Part shown: positions 9,020 through 19,115 of the stretch, piece by piece
Layout: each line of letters starts with the position of its first letter
Position numbering within the stretch: the stretch's first letter is position 1
Assembly: GCA_009925905.1 (NCBI GenBank)
Contig: RFPZ01000003.1
Span: 1-32,792 of the forward strand
Direction of reading: 5' to 3'
Source of the DNA: Candidatus Aquidulcis frankliniae
GTDB taxonomy: Bacteria; Chloroflexota; Limnocylindria; Limnocylindrales; Limnocylindraceae
DNA: 32,792 bases
Notes under the pieces: model-generated
What the model was told of the DNA's origin: nothing
Database searches by the model: none
What the model saw: only the letters and a program-made list of their open reading frames with translations
Made by a program: the position numbers and the translations under genes

Positions 9020-9430
9020 CTAGCGGAGAGCAACCAAGATCGTGCCGGCAAGACCGAGGTTCACGATGTCGTTACCCGCCTCGAGCAGCAGCACGCCGAA
9101 TCCATGACCGGCAAAGATGCGATGGCTGAGGCCGCTGCCACCAACAATGCCGACGCCGATCAGGAGCCCAACGAGTGCGCCATCAAGCGGTGCGGTGATG
9201 TTGAGGGCGCTCAGAATGAGCGCGAGGACGGTGACCTGCAGGGCCTGGCCGATGAGAACAGAGCCGAAGGCAACCCCCATGTTGATGCCACCACCGGGTA
9301 CATCCTTGGGTCCTTTCCCCATCAGACGCCACCAGGTTGGGAAGAACGTTGCTGGTCCAAACCAGAGGAATCCGCTGACAAAGCTCACGACGGTTCCAGC
9401 AATGATTCCAATCACATTCACTTCAGGCAT
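9020..9430 (-). CDS. DUF1761-type membrane protein
   Basis: Four hydrophobic segments with N-terminal GFLWFGP..F...W; GGGAG SD upstream. Confidence 0.75.
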   Translation of the reverse strand: MPEVNVIGIIAGTVVSFVSGFLWFGPATFFPTWWRLMGKGPKDVPGGGINMGVAFGSVLIGQALQVTVLALILSALNITAPLDGALVGLLIGVGIVGGSGLSHRIFAGHGFGVLLLEAGNDIVNLGLAGTILVALR

Positions 9431-9515
9431 TTCACGCTCCCTCTTGTGCGAGCCGCATGGTCCGCTAGGCCCATTCTATCGCCTCACTTTGTGGTCACGC
9501 GGCTAGAATCTCCTC

Positions 9516-12221
9516 ATGCCATTTGTCGGCACCTCGCGTCGCACTGCTCGCTTCAGCGTCGCACTGCTCGCCGCCGCCATCCTATTTTCAGGTCAATCAG
9601 TGGCCCCGGTTGCGGCGACGGACTCAGTGGATTGGCGTTCGTGCGCCGCGCGCCCCGTGCCCCTTCCCCCAGGGCGCGAGGTCGATCCGGCACTCACCAA
9701 AGCCCTCACCGCAAAAGTCGTCGCCTGGCAGAAGGCGCGCCGCACTCGCCACGCTGGTGTCTCTGTCGCGATTCGATGGGACGATGGTCGTAGCTTTACG
9801 GCGGTTTCCGGGGTAGGCGACACCAAGAGCAAGCGCGTCGCCACCGTATCCATGCCATTTGCGATCGCTAGCACCAGTAAGGCATTCACCGCCGCAGTTG
9901 CGCTACTCCTTGACCACTGCGGGGTTCTGCCGTTGAGCACACGCGCCTCTGCGCTCGTTCCAGAAGCTGACGTGCGAGCTGAGGTGACCGTTGCGCAGTT
10001 GCTACTCCATCGATCTGGCATGAGCGATTGGCTGACCGATAAGGACTCCAGGATGGGATGGCTAAGTAGGAATCCGAACGCGAAGGTGACACCGCTCACG
10101 GCCGTGCAGGACCTGCTCCCGCCGACGGCCGTTGGCAGTTTCTCGTATTCCAATTCGGGTTTCACCCTCGTGACGATTGCCGCCGAACGCGCCACTGGCG
10201 TTCCCTGGAAAACGCTTGTTCAGTCGCTGCTCCTTGATCCAATGGGTCTGACCGAAACAGGGTGGGGACCAAAGGTAGGTGCAGCGCGGCCGCACATTGG
10301 TGGCAAGCCGTACGGCGTTGCGGGCTGGGGTCCCAGTAAGGCGGTCGGCATTGCGCTTCGCGGGGCAGGCGACATGTTCTCCACGCCGCGCGATCTTGCA
10401 AGATTTGGCGAACTTTTTTGGGGGAATCGACTTACCGAGGGGGAGCCAACCCTCGCCATGAACGGCATTGCCTATCAGACCTGGTCGTCGTGGCTCTACA
10501 ACTACGGCACCCAGGTTGACCGAACGTGGATTGGTGGGCTGCGCAGTTATGGCCACAACGGTGGATTTTCTGGAGTCACAAGTTCTCTGCATCGAATCCC
10601 CGCGCTAGGCATCACTATCGCGGCCGTCGCAAACGGTTCACCCACAACCAATTCGTTTGCTGATGATCTTGTGCAGGAGCTCTACAAGATGATTGATCAA
10701 CCCGCTGTTGATGGGAGTGGTGTGCCGCGCCTCACAGCCGCCGACAGCGGCGATCCTGAGCCACCCGACGCACCCGTTGCTCTCCCTGCGGATTACTGTG
10801 GCGACCCCACACCAAGCAGCAGCAGCGATGCGCTGGCTCCCCGCTGGATCGCCCTCGGTTCGTCCGCCGGTTGGGTCGGGAGCACGACATCAATGGTCGA
10901 ACTTCCTGATGGCCGCCTTGTTGTGGGGGGCACTGGATTAACAAAGGCGGCCGGTACCACCGTAGCTGGGCTGGCGGTGCGCGACCCGCGAACTGGGGCA
11001 TGGAAAGCGCTTGCGAGCCTCAAGACGTCGTCCGGACGCGTTGCTTCGGTGTATGGGCTCGCCGTCGACGCCTCACGGAACCTTCTCTATGTGGCAGGTA
11101 ACTTCACCAGCGTGACGCAAAGCAACCGTCGCGTTGCAGCGGTCGGGATCGCGCAACTCAATCTCAAGACGGGACTCTGGTCTAAGGTTGGCACTGGTCT
11201 TACGGGTAAAGGCATTTCCGTCAGAACGATCTCACTGGATCCAGGGACCGGCAACCTGCTGGTGGGAGGCCACTTCACACGCGCAGGCGGCGTCGCCTCG
11301 GCAAACATCGCAACGTGGAGTCCGACACGAAAGCGCTGGGTGGCACTCGGCGCCGGATTGAAGTCTGACGTTGTCACCGCCGCGGTCGCCGCCGACGGCA
11401 CTGTTTACGCCGGTGGACGATTTGCTGACGGCCTGGTCTCAACATGGAATCCCACGACAAAAGCGTGGGGCGTGATCGGCGACGCGCGACTCTTCTCTGA
11501 TCTTCCAACGAGCATGGTCGTTGATGCGCTCGGCCATCCGCTGATCGGACGAGGTGTTGGCTGGTACGGTGAAGCGGTTCAGGTCATCGAACCTGCGGCA
11601 CCGGGTGGCTGGGTTCCGTTGGGCGGCGGGGTGAGCTACCCGCGGCGCACTTCGTGGGTGACGGCAATGACGAAACTTGCCGACGGCACGGTCGCCGTTG
11701 GCGGCTACTTCGCCAAGGCTGGCGCACTGGACTCTCCGAACCTTGCGGTCTGGGACCCCATCACCCAGCGATACAGCACCATTGGGACAGGCCTTGCAGT
11801 TGAGCCCGATGCGCTTGCATCGAGCGCATTCGGGACCATCTACGCCGCGACGCGAGTGCGAAGCGCCGCGCCTGGTGGTAGCGGTGGGCGATGCATCGGG
11901 GTCTGGGCAAAACAGGCACCAGCCGCCCCTGTTGGAGCAACGCTCACGGCGGGTCGCGGCTCGATTCGCGTCAGCTGGATTCTTCCTGCCGACTCCACCG
12001 AAGCAACGGGATGGATCGCGACGGCAACGGCAAAAGGCCGCACAACCCGAAGCTGCACACTTGCTGGTTCGGCACTCACACAGGTGTCAGGCGCTGCCGC
12101 CATGTGCACGATCACTGGACTCATTAAGGGGGTCAGTTACAAGGTGACGCTCGTTGCCTGGTCTGCACCTTCCGGGCCATCGCCGCGAGTTGACGTCGGC
12201 ACCATTAAGACGCTTCGATGA
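9516..12221 (+). CDS. Secreted serine hydrolase (beta-lactamase/PBP fold) with C-terminal beta-propeller-like repeats and FN3-like domain
   Basis: Signal peptide; SxxK (ASTSK), LLLHRSG, YSN and HNGG; repeated LxVGGxFTxAGG...W units; C-terminal PAAP...VSW...YKVTLVA. Confidence 0.82.
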   Translation: MPFVGTSRRTARFSVALLAAAILFSGQSVAPVAATDSVDWRSCAARPVPLPPGREVDPALTKALTAKVVAWQKARRTRHAGVSVAIRWDDGRSFTAVSGVGDTKSKRVATVSMPFAIASTSKAFTAAVALLLDHCGVLPLSTRASALVPEADVRAEVTVAQLLLHRSGMSDWLTDKDSRMGWLSRNPNAKVTPLTAVQDLLPPTAVGSFSYSNSGFTLVTIAAERATGVPWKTLVQSLLLDPMGLTETGWGPKVGAARPHIGGKPYGVAGWGPSKAVGIALRGAGDMFSTPRDLARFGELFWGNRLTEGEPTLAMNGIAYQTWSSWLYNYGTQVDRTWIGGLRSYGHNGGFSGVTSSLHRIPALGITIAAVANGSPTTNSFADDLVQELYKMIDQPAVDGSGVPRLTAADSGDPEPPDAPVALPADYCGDPTPSSSSDALAPRWIALGSSAGWVGSTTSMVELPDGRLVVGGTGLTKAAGTTVAGLAVRDPRTGAWKALASLKTSSGRVASVYGLAVDASRNLLYVAGNFTSVTQSNRRVAAVGIAQLNLKTGLWSKVGTGLTGKGISVRTISLDPGTGNLLVGGHFTRAGGVASANIATWSPTRKRWVALGAGLKSDVVTAAVAADGTVYAGGRFADGLVSTWNPTTKAWGVIGDARLFSDLPTSMVVDALGHPLIGRGVGWYGEAVQVIEPAAPGGWVPLGGGVSYPRRTSWVTAMTKLADGTVAVGGYFAKAGALDSPNLAVWDPITQRYSTIGTGLAVEPDALASSAFGTIYAATRVRSAAPGGSGGRCIGVWAKQAPAAPVGATLTAGRGSIRVSWILPADSTEATGWIATATAKGRTTRSCTLAGSALTQVSGAAAMCTITGLIKGVSYKVTLVAWSAPSGPSPRVDVGTIKTLR

Positions 12222-13189
12222 TGCGGCGTCTAGCGCGATCGATGTGGAGCATCGTTGCACTCACACTCGTGATCAGCGGCTGCTCGATTGCGGTAACACC
12301 GACTGCGTCACCAAGCCCAACACCTGTGGCGAGAACCGAACCATTCAAGGTTGTTGGTTACATCACGCCCGCCGCGAACATTGACGCGATCGATTTCTCA
12401 CTTTTGACGCACGTTAACTACTCGTTCCTGATACCAAGAGCGAATGGCACGACACGCCCATTCGGTGCCCCGAATCACTTGCGCAAGGTCGTTGCGCAAG
12501 CCAATAAACATGGCGTTAAGGTGCTCATCGCCGTTGGGGGGTGGGGCTGGGATAAAGAGTTTGAGACGCTTGCAGCGGACCCAGCCATTCGCGAAAAACT
12601 GGCGAAACGCGTGGCAGAGTTCTGTGCGACCTATCGGCTCGATGGGATTGATATTGATTGGGAATATCCAAATGCCGGGGCGTCGGCGGCCAACTTCTCC
12701 GCCCTCGCCGTTGCCTTCCGCTCGGCGCTTCCAGCTGGGGCACTCGTCACCGCGGCAGTGCTAGCTGATGCAACAGATGCAGACGGAATTTCGACCTCTG
12801 CCGTAGGGCAACTCGACTTCATCAATCTGATGGCGTATGACGGTCCGCGGAACGATCACTCGTCATTTGCGATGGCCGAGCGATCAATCGCTACCTGGCT
12901 CGCCCGAGGCATTCACCCCAATAAGCTCGTGCTCGGCGTGCCCTTCTATGGGCGGCCAGGGAACGCCACGTATCGCACGCTTCTTGCAAGCGACCCAGCA
13001 ACGGCGAACGGCGATCGCATCCTCTTTCGAGGCGTGGAACAGAACTACAACGGCCCTGCAACGATTCGGCGCAAGACAGAGTTAGCCCTACAGCTCGCTG
13101 GCGGGATCATGATCTGGGAGCTCTCGCAGGATGCGCGCGGCAACGACTCACTCCTGCGCGTGATTGGCGAAACTGTCGCCGCCCCCTAG
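12218..13189 (+). CDS. Glycoside hydrolase family 18 (chitinase-like) lipoprotein
   Basis: Lipobox-like VISGC, AVGGW, catalytic DGIDIDWEYP, LMAYD, LGVPFYG and GGIMIWELSQD. ATGA overlap with the upstream gene. Confidence 0.9.
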   Translation: MMRRLARSMWSIVALTLVISGCSIAVTPTASPSPTPVARTEPFKVVGYITPAANIDAIDFSLLTHVNYSFLIPRANGTTRPFGAPNHLRKVVAQANKHGVKVLIAVGGWGWDKEFETLAADPAIREKLAKRVAEFCATYRLDGIDIDWEYPNAGASAANFSALAVAFRSALPAGALVTAAVLADATDADGISTSAVGQLDFINLMAYDGPRNDHSSFAMAERSIATWLARGIHPNKLVLGVPFYGRPGNATYRTLLASDPATANGDRILFRGVEQNYNGPATIRRKTELALQLAGGIMIWELSQDARGNDSLLRVIGETVAAP

Positions 13190-13204
13190 GGGTATCCTCC
13201 CCTC

Positions 13205-13996
13205 ATGCAATCGCTGCGAATTGAGAGCCTCTCCAATCCGGTCGTGAAGGGACTGCGCGCTCTTCGCACGCCCAAGGGTCGCGACGAGCAGCGCCTCTTT
13301 CTCGCTGAGGGTGAGCGCACGATCGCAACGGCCACCGCGGCAGGTTGGATTCCCGAGATGCTGCTGACGGCTGGCCCACTTCGCGCGCCGATCGATGGTG
13401 GAGCGAGCCACGCGCGCGAGTCGCTCTCCGTAACGACCGAAGTGTTGGCGAAGATCACGGGGCGTGATAACCCACAGGAACAGCTCGCCGTTTACGCAGA
13501 CCCTGCGCCAGAAGCCCAGGCAGTGGCAACCATCGACCCGACTCGAGCTGCGCGCTGGTTGATGCTTGAAGCGCCGCGCGACCCGGGTAACCTTGGGAGC
13601 GCGATTCGCAGTGCTGATGCCTGTGCCGCAGGCGGCGTCATCCTTGTGGGGAACACGTGCGATCCGTACTCCATTGAGACGGTGCGCGCAACGATGGGCT
13701 CCATCTTCACCGTTCCGATCTATCGCGCAACGCACGATGAGGCGGTCGCGCTGTTGAATCGCTGGCCAGGCAGCACCGTTGCAACGGCACTCGACGGAGC
13801 CTCCGACTACACCGAGATCACCTACACCGCGCCAAGCGTGATCGTGATCGGCACCGAAGCTGATGGGCTAAGTGCCAACCTACGTGGTGCTTGTGCCAGC
13901 GCGGCGCTGATCCCAATGCTGGGCACCGCTGAGAGCCTTAACCTCGCGGTCGCGTCCGCGATCATGCTCTACGCAGCAGAGCGAGCGCAGCGCTAG
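13205..13996 (+). CDS. TrmH/SpoU family RNA methyltransferase
   Basis: SLSNP, DPGNLGSAIRSADA, VRATMGS, GTEADGL and ESLNLAVA. Confidence 0.93.
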   Translation: MQSLRIESLSNPVVKGLRALRTPKGRDEQRLFLAEGERTIATATAAGWIPEMLLTAGPLRAPIDGGASHARESLSVTTEVLAKITGRDNPQEQLAVYADPAPEAQAVATIDPTRAARWLMLEAPRDPGNLGSAIRSADACAAGGVILVGNTCDPYSIETVRATMGSIFTVPIYRATHDEAVALLNRWPGSTVATALDGASDYTEITYTAPSVIVIGTEADGLSANLRGACASAALIPMLGTAESLNLAVASAIMLYAAERAQR

Positions 13997-15978
13997 CGCG
14001 AAAGTAGTTTCGCGATCTCGACTCCGAGCGGAGTAGCGAGACTGCGCGAGAATGTCTCCGTCATGTGGTCCTCATCGCGGTAGATCAACACGTTCTTGGC
14101 AATCGGCGAGCAGGGCCACGCGGCACAGATCTCGCCTGTCAGGTCAATCAACGTTGCTCCAGAAGCCTGGGCAGCCACACGTTCTGCGACGCCGATCTCA
14201 CCGTTATCTGCAGTTTCTTGAGTGAAGAGGCAGGTGCGAATGTCGCTCGCGTGCTTGGAGAGGCAGGCGGGGACGTCGCGGCCAGGATCTGGCGTATCGA
14301 CGAGAATCGCCGTTGTCCCTGGGAGACGGGCAACCATGTCGCCAAAAGCCGCTCCGGCGATCGTTGGTGTGACCCCTTCGGCGATTGGGCGGAAGGTGCG
14401 GCGATTCACGATGATGGTGAGCGTCGGCTTGATCTCGGAGAGACGTGCCACTGTTGCCTCGTTGAACGCGGTGCACTCACGGTACGCACGCTTTAACGCC
14501 AAGTTGCGCTGCGGGAGCGTTGTGAACGAGCATGAGACCTTTACGAACGTGAGCAGTCTCCACCCACGCTCGAGTGCGATCACCTCAATGGCGGGGAACC
14601 AATGCGACGCATGGGAGTCACCGACTAGCGCGATCGTGATCGCAGATCCCGGAACTCCGTATTCGCAGTCTGGCGGCGTCGTGACTCGTTCGAATGCGAG
14701 GCAGCCGTCGCCGCGCAGTCGCTCTTCGTCATCGCGCGCCGACGCCAGTGAGGGAGCAAGATCTTGAGGGAGTGCGATCGGTCCATTGCTTGCCGTCGGT
14801 GAGCCCGAGGGGCTCGCCGTTGGCTGAACAGCAACGACCGACGAGGGGAGCGCCGCGGCGAACCCCTGGGTGAAGAGGGCGACGGTGAGAATGCCCACCA
14901 CTCCGGCGCGGATCGCGCTCCACGAGGTGGCGCGACGAAACCGATCGCCGTACCGGAAGGGCTGCTCAACAAATCGCCAGCTCAACCAGGAGATGCCGAT
15001 CGCGGCGGCAACGGCAATCACTATTTCAACGCCTGTGAGTGCTCGCTCGAGGAACATGAGGGGGAGCACCAGAAGGGGCCAGTGCCAGAGGTAGAGCGAA
15101 TAGCTGATCTTTCCGAGGAAGCGGAGCGGTGCCGCTGTGAGGAGACGCACTGGTCCACTTGGCGCGGCACCACCGTAGAGGAGCGCGACGGCACCCGCGG
15201 TGGGGAGAAGCGCCGCCAGTCCTGGATAGGCTGTCTCCGAAGTGAGCGCTACCCCCGCCACAGCAACCGCGGCGAGCCCGGCCCACGCGAACGCGCCAGC
15301 GCGTCGCGAGGTGCCCATCACGCTGATGAGGGCGAGCAGGCCGCCCACTCCGAGCTGCCAGACGCGCGTCGGCAGCAGATAGAAGGCGCGCGAAGGGGAG
15401 GCATCGGTAAGCCACAGGCTGAGCGCAAACGAGGCGACCACACCAAGGAGGAGCGCCGCGATCAGGCGCCGCGAGCTGCCACCGCGCCAGGTAAGGAACA
15501 CGATGAGCGCCGGCCAGACGAGGTAGAACTGCTCTTCGACACTGAGGGACCAGAAGTGCAAGAAGGGCGACGGACTCGAAGTTGCGGCGAAGTAATCGAC
15601 CGAACCGATGAAACGCATGTTGGCAATCGAGAGCGCCGACGCTGCGCCATCGGCTGCCAACGCACTGCGATCAAGAGGCGCAGCGACGAGGAGTCCAATG
15701 AGGGAGATGACTGCGACAGCGACAAGCGCCGCTGGGAGGAGCCGCCGAATTCTCCACGCGTAGAACCGGGTGATGTTGAGACCACCTGGCTGCTGCGACT
15801 CACGCCACAGCTTGCCGGTAATCAAGAACCCGCTGATAACAAAGAAGACATCGACCCCTACGAATCCACCTGGCGTCCATGGGAGACCGGCGTGGAAGAG
15901 CAGCACGAGAAGAATCGCAATACCCCGTAGACCCTCAATGTCTGGGCGGAATTCGGTGGTGCTCAACGGAGCCTTCAT
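13993..15978 (-). CDS. Acyltransferase family 3 fused to SGNH domain (OafA/OatA-like O-acyltransferase)
   Basis: DIEGLRGIA, GGFVGVDVFFVISGFLIT, HFWSLSVEEQFY and ISYSLYLWHWP; C-terminal GDSHA and DEDH. Confidence 0.93.
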   Translation of the reverse strand: MKAPLSTTEFRPDIEGLRGIAILLVLLFHAGLPWTPGGFVGVDVFFVISGFLITGKLWRESQQPGGLNITRFYAWRIRRLLPAALVAVAVISLIGLLVAAPLDRSALAADGAASALSIANMRFIGSVDYFAATSSPSPFLHFWSLSVEEQFYLVWPALIVFLTWRGGSSRRLIAALLLGVVASFALSLWLTDASPSRAFYLLPTRVWQLGVGGLLALISVMGTSRRAGAFAWAGLAAVAVAGVALTSETAYPGLAALLPTAGAVALLYGGAAPSGPVRLLTAAPLRFLGKISYSLYLWHWPLLVLPLMFLERALTGVEIVIAVAAAIGISWLSWRFVEQPFRYGDRFRRATSWSAIRAGVVGILTVALFTQGFAAALPSSVVAVQPTASPSGSPTASNGPIALPQDLAPSLASARDDEERLRGDGCLAFERVTTPPDCEYGVPGSAITIALVGDSHASHWFPAIEVIALERGWRLLTFVKVSCSFTTLPQRNLALKRAYRECTAFNEATVARLSEIKPTLTIIVNRRTFRPIAEGVTPTIAGAAFGDMVARLPGTTAILVDTPDPGRDVPACLSKHASDIRTCLFTQETADNGEIGVAERVAAQASGATLIDLTGEICAAWPCSPIAKNVLIYRDEDHMTETFSRSLATPLGVEIAKLLSR

Positions 15979-15982
15979 CAGG

Positions 15983-16768
15983 CTATTCGCAGATCTGCGG
16001 CTTTGCTACTGGCACTGGCCGCGTCGAGGTTGTCGTATCAATGTACTTACCAATCACGACCATCTTGGTTCCGTCGTGACGGTCGGTCTCAGAGGTTTGC
16101 AGGATCACCCGGCCGTTCGGAACATCAGCAATGTCAGCCCATGTGGAGATGTGTTGTCGCACCTCGATAACGCGGTAGCGCACTCGTAGGAGCGTCGCGC
16201 CCGTGGCCTTCGGCAGAACATCAACCTCAATGATCTGTCCGAGCATCTGCTTCGGCGTCTTGTCGAGGAGACCGCCAAACTCCCAATAGCGACCGTGCGC
16301 ATAAATAAAGAGGACCCCAGTCTTACCATCCGCCTTCCCCTTCGTTGGCATCCATTCAGCAACACGACACCATGGGAACCGTGGCGAGCCATCGCCATCA
16401 AGAGGTGGACGAACGACTGGAAGATTGATCCAGACCCCGCTCACTAAGACGCGGACAGGATCACCAGCGACAGACGGCACGAGCAGGCTTGGGTCGACTG
16501 GTGGGAGGGGTGGCGGGGTTGTGCGCGATCGCTCTGAAGGGTCTGACGGTTCAACCTCTGGTGCTGGAGAGTCGCTGGAACCGGTTGATGGGTCTTCAGT
16601 GACAACGACAACCTCACCTGGGGCCCATGGTCCGATCTGCTGATCGATTCCCCACGTGACGAGCGCACCCGCAGCGAGGATGAAGGAGGTTGCAAGCAGG
16701 ATCGTTGAGCCAATATGTCGAAACGGCATGCGGTCACGACGAGTGCTGGGTTTGATTGGCGGCAACAT
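15983..16768 (-). CDS. Sortase-fold membrane-anchored protein with non-canonical active site (His/Ser/Lys)
   Basis: N-terminal TM, Pro/Ser linker, PVRVLV...INLPVV, FIYAH, YRV, ILQTS (vs TLxTC) and KMVVIG (vs RxxV). Confidence 0.6.
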   Translation of the reverse strand: MLPPIKPSTRRDRMPFRHIGSTILLATSFILAAGALVTWGIDQQIGPWAPGEVVVVTEDPSTGSSDSPAPEVEPSDPSERSRTTPPPLPPVDPSLLVPSVAGDPVRVLVSGVWINLPVVRPPLDGDGSPRFPWCRVAEWMPTKGKADGKTGVLFIYAHGRYWEFGGLLDKTPKQMLGQIIEVDVLPKATGATLLRVRYRVIEVRQHISTWADIADVPNGRVILQTSETDRHDGTKMVVIGKYIDTTTSTRPVPVAKPQICE

Positions 16769-16803
16769 AGGGAGAGTGTAGTGCGGGATGGCACACTACC
16801 CCC

Positions 16804-17958
16804 ATGCCACGAGAGACTCGAGCCACTGACCTGGGCATCCGAATCGGCCGGTTTACTTCTGGCCCAACGGATGGCATCACCGATGTTGCGGGCGTGCGCG
16901 TTGCTGCCACCACAATCATCAAAGGCGACGGCGCACTCGAACGTGGCGTTGGGCCGATTCGCACCGGTGTCACCGCCATCCTTCCTCGCCCTCTTGCCGA
17001 GATGGGGCACCCGCTCTTTGCTGGTACCCACAGACTCAATGGAAACGGCGAGCTGACAGGGTTGGAGTGGATCCGCGAATCAGGACTACTGACCTCGCCG
17101 ATCTGCCTCACCAACACGCATTCCGTTGGTGTCGTTCACGACGCCATGATTGCGTGGTCCCTCGATCACGTGCCTGACGCTCCACCATGGAGCCTCCCTG
17201 TTGCGGGGGAGACCTGGGACGGTGTGCTGAACGATGTCAACGGTTTCCATGTCACTGCGGCACACGCGCAGCAGGCGCTCGATGCTGCAGCGGCGCTGCC
17301 GAACGGTGCGCCGGTTCCGCGCGGCAATCAAGGTGGCGGGACAGGCATGATCTGCCACGGCTTTAAGGGCGGCAATGGCACAGCAAGTCGCCAACTCCCC
17401 GCAGAACTTGGCGGCTACACGATTGGTGTGTTCGTGCAGGCGAATCACGGTCGTCGCCATCGGCTTACGGTGCAGGGGAAACTACTCGGCGCTCCTGGTG
17501 GCCCACTCTCTACGGAGCACTACCCACTTCCGTGGGAGAACAAGGTCGGCGCTGCATCAAAGCCTGACGATCCTCGCGGCGGAGCCGGTTCGATCATTGT
17601 GATCGTCGCTACCGATGCCCCGCTGCTTCCGATGCAGCTTGATCGACTTGCGCAGCGAGCGGTGATCGGGATCGGCCGCGTCGGTGGTGTCGGCGAGCAC
17701 TCATCTGGCGACCTGGTGTTGAGCTTCAGCACTGCAAACGGACATCTCCCCGCAGAGGATCTTGAACCGAAAGAACCGTTTGAAACCTCGGTCACGATGG
17801 TGGTCAATGCACACCTCTCCGCGCTCTTCGAGGCGACCGCTGATGCCACCGAGTCGGCGATCCTTGATGCCCTCTTCGCCGCAGAATCGATGACCGGGGT
17901 GGATGGCGCAACAGCCGTTGCCCTTCCTCTCGACATCGTGCGCGCAGCGCTGGACTAA
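16804..17958 (+). CDS. P1/S58 family peptidase (DmpA-like aminopeptidase)
   Basis: ITDVAGVRV, TGVTAILP, NGNGELTG, GGGTGM, KGGNGTASR, autocleavage GSII and SGD. Confidence 0.92.
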   Translation: MPRETRATDLGIRIGRFTSGPTDGITDVAGVRVAATTIIKGDGALERGVGPIRTGVTAILPRPLAEMGHPLFAGTHRLNGNGELTGLEWIRESGLLTSPICLTNTHSVGVVHDAMIAWSLDHVPDAPPWSLPVAGETWDGVLNDVNGFHVTAAHAQQALDAAAALPNGAPVPRGNQGGGTGMICHGFKGGNGTASRQLPAELGGYTIGVFVQANHGRRHRLTVQGKLLGAPGGPLSTEHYPLPWENKVGAASKPDDPRGGAGSIIVIVATDAPLLPMQLDRLAQRAVIGIGRVGGVGEHSSGDLVLSFSTANGHLPAEDLEPKEPFETSVTMVVNAHLSALFEATADATESAILDALFAAESMTGVDGATAVALPLDIVRAALD

Positions 17959-17967
17959 GATCACCAC

Positions 17968-19080
17968 ATGAATCTGCCGAATCCCCTCCGCAGCGATGAG
18001 TGGCCACAGTCGATTCGCCTAATGGCGTGGGCGACACTTGCAAGCGTCGCACTTGTCGCAATCATGGCGGGGCTCGGCGTTGTAACCACCCTTATCTCGG
18101 CTCAGGGTCCACTTCTCTACGCCCTCGCGGGTGGGTGGTTGCTCGCGGCGCTGGCTGATGCGCCGATTGATTGGCTTGTTGCACGTGGCTGGAGGCGCAC
18201 GCGCGCAGCGCTGCTCGTATGGATTGCCGGTGCAGTCCCCGTTATCGTCATTGCGATTGAACTCGCGATCGCCTTCGCGCAGTCACTCGGCGGAATCATC
18301 GCTGGGCCAGAGCCGACGTCGGCAGAGGTCGGCGCAATGGTGGAACGGCTCAGCGCCCTGCTAAGTTCTATAGGCTTAACGGTTGATCTTGTTCCGCTCG
18401 CAACCACGGTGATCCTAGCGATTCGCGAAGTGGCAACCTCTCTGCAATCGAATATCGCAGCGATTGCGGCTGGTGCGATTGGCGCGCTTGGCCCGCTCAT
18501 CTTGGCGATCGGTATCGGCATCATTCTCTCGGCAAACCCCGCCCACCTTGACTCTGTTGATCAGCTTGCAACGCGCAGCCGAGTGCGCAGCGCACAGCGT
18601 TCGCGCAAGATTCTTGAAGAGATCATCGCGCGGTTCATTGGTCGCCACGTCGCCCTCGGATTTGTCTACGGCGTGATCGTCTATGTCGGCGCAACGATTG
18701 CTGGAGCCGATGGACTCCTCGCCGCAGTGCTCGGCGGCATCGTGATGGCGATCCCGTCAATTGGCCAGGGTGCTGCGGTCTTGCCGCCGCTTGCACTCGC
18801 CATCTTTGCTGCGGGACCATACGTACTCCCTGGCTCGGTGGTGATTATCGTGGGCTGGTTGCTCTGTGCCACCCAGCTCGCCCCACGGCTGATGAACGGC
18901 GTGCTGCACCTCTCGGGCACCACCGTCTTCATTGCGGGTAGCATCGGCGGTCTTGTGGGTGGCGTCCTCGGAGCGATCTTCGCCCTGCCGGTAGTGGCTG
19001 CTGTTGCCGCCATTCGTCGTGACGAATCACCAATCCGTACGACCAATACCAAGCGCACTACTAAGATCAAGCGCCGCTAA
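17968..19080 (+). CDS. AI-2E family transporter (PerM-like)
   Basis: 370-aa polytopic protein with IPSIG, LAPRLM and GGLVGGVLGAIFALP. Confidence 0.75.
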   Translation: MNLPNPLRSDEWPQSIRLMAWATLASVALVAIMAGLGVVTTLISAQGPLLYALAGGWLLAALADAPIDWLVARGWRRTRAALLVWIAGAVPVIVIAIELAIAFAQSLGGIIAGPEPTSAEVGAMVERLSALLSSIGLTVDLVPLATTVILAIREVATSLQSNIAAIAAGAIGALGPLILAIGIGIILSANPAHLDSVDQLATRSRVRSAQRSRKILEEIIARFIGRHVALGFVYGVIVYVGATIAGADGLLAAVLGGIVMAIPSIGQGAAVLPPLALAIFAAGPYVLPGSVVIIVGWLLCATQLAPRLMNGVLHLSGTTVFIAGSIGGLVGGVLGAIFALPVVAAVAAIRRDESPIRTTNTKRTTKIKRR

Positions 19081-19115
19081 TCCACCCCTGCCACGCTGCG
19101 GGCAGGAGGTGAACC

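Noticed and set aside
9432-9458. 8-aa uORF MRLAQEGA upstream of DUF1761 (minus strand)
   Set aside because: The ATG is not at the 6-7 nt leaderless spacing from TAGAAT, has no SD and no codon enrichment, and the downstream gene has its own SD.
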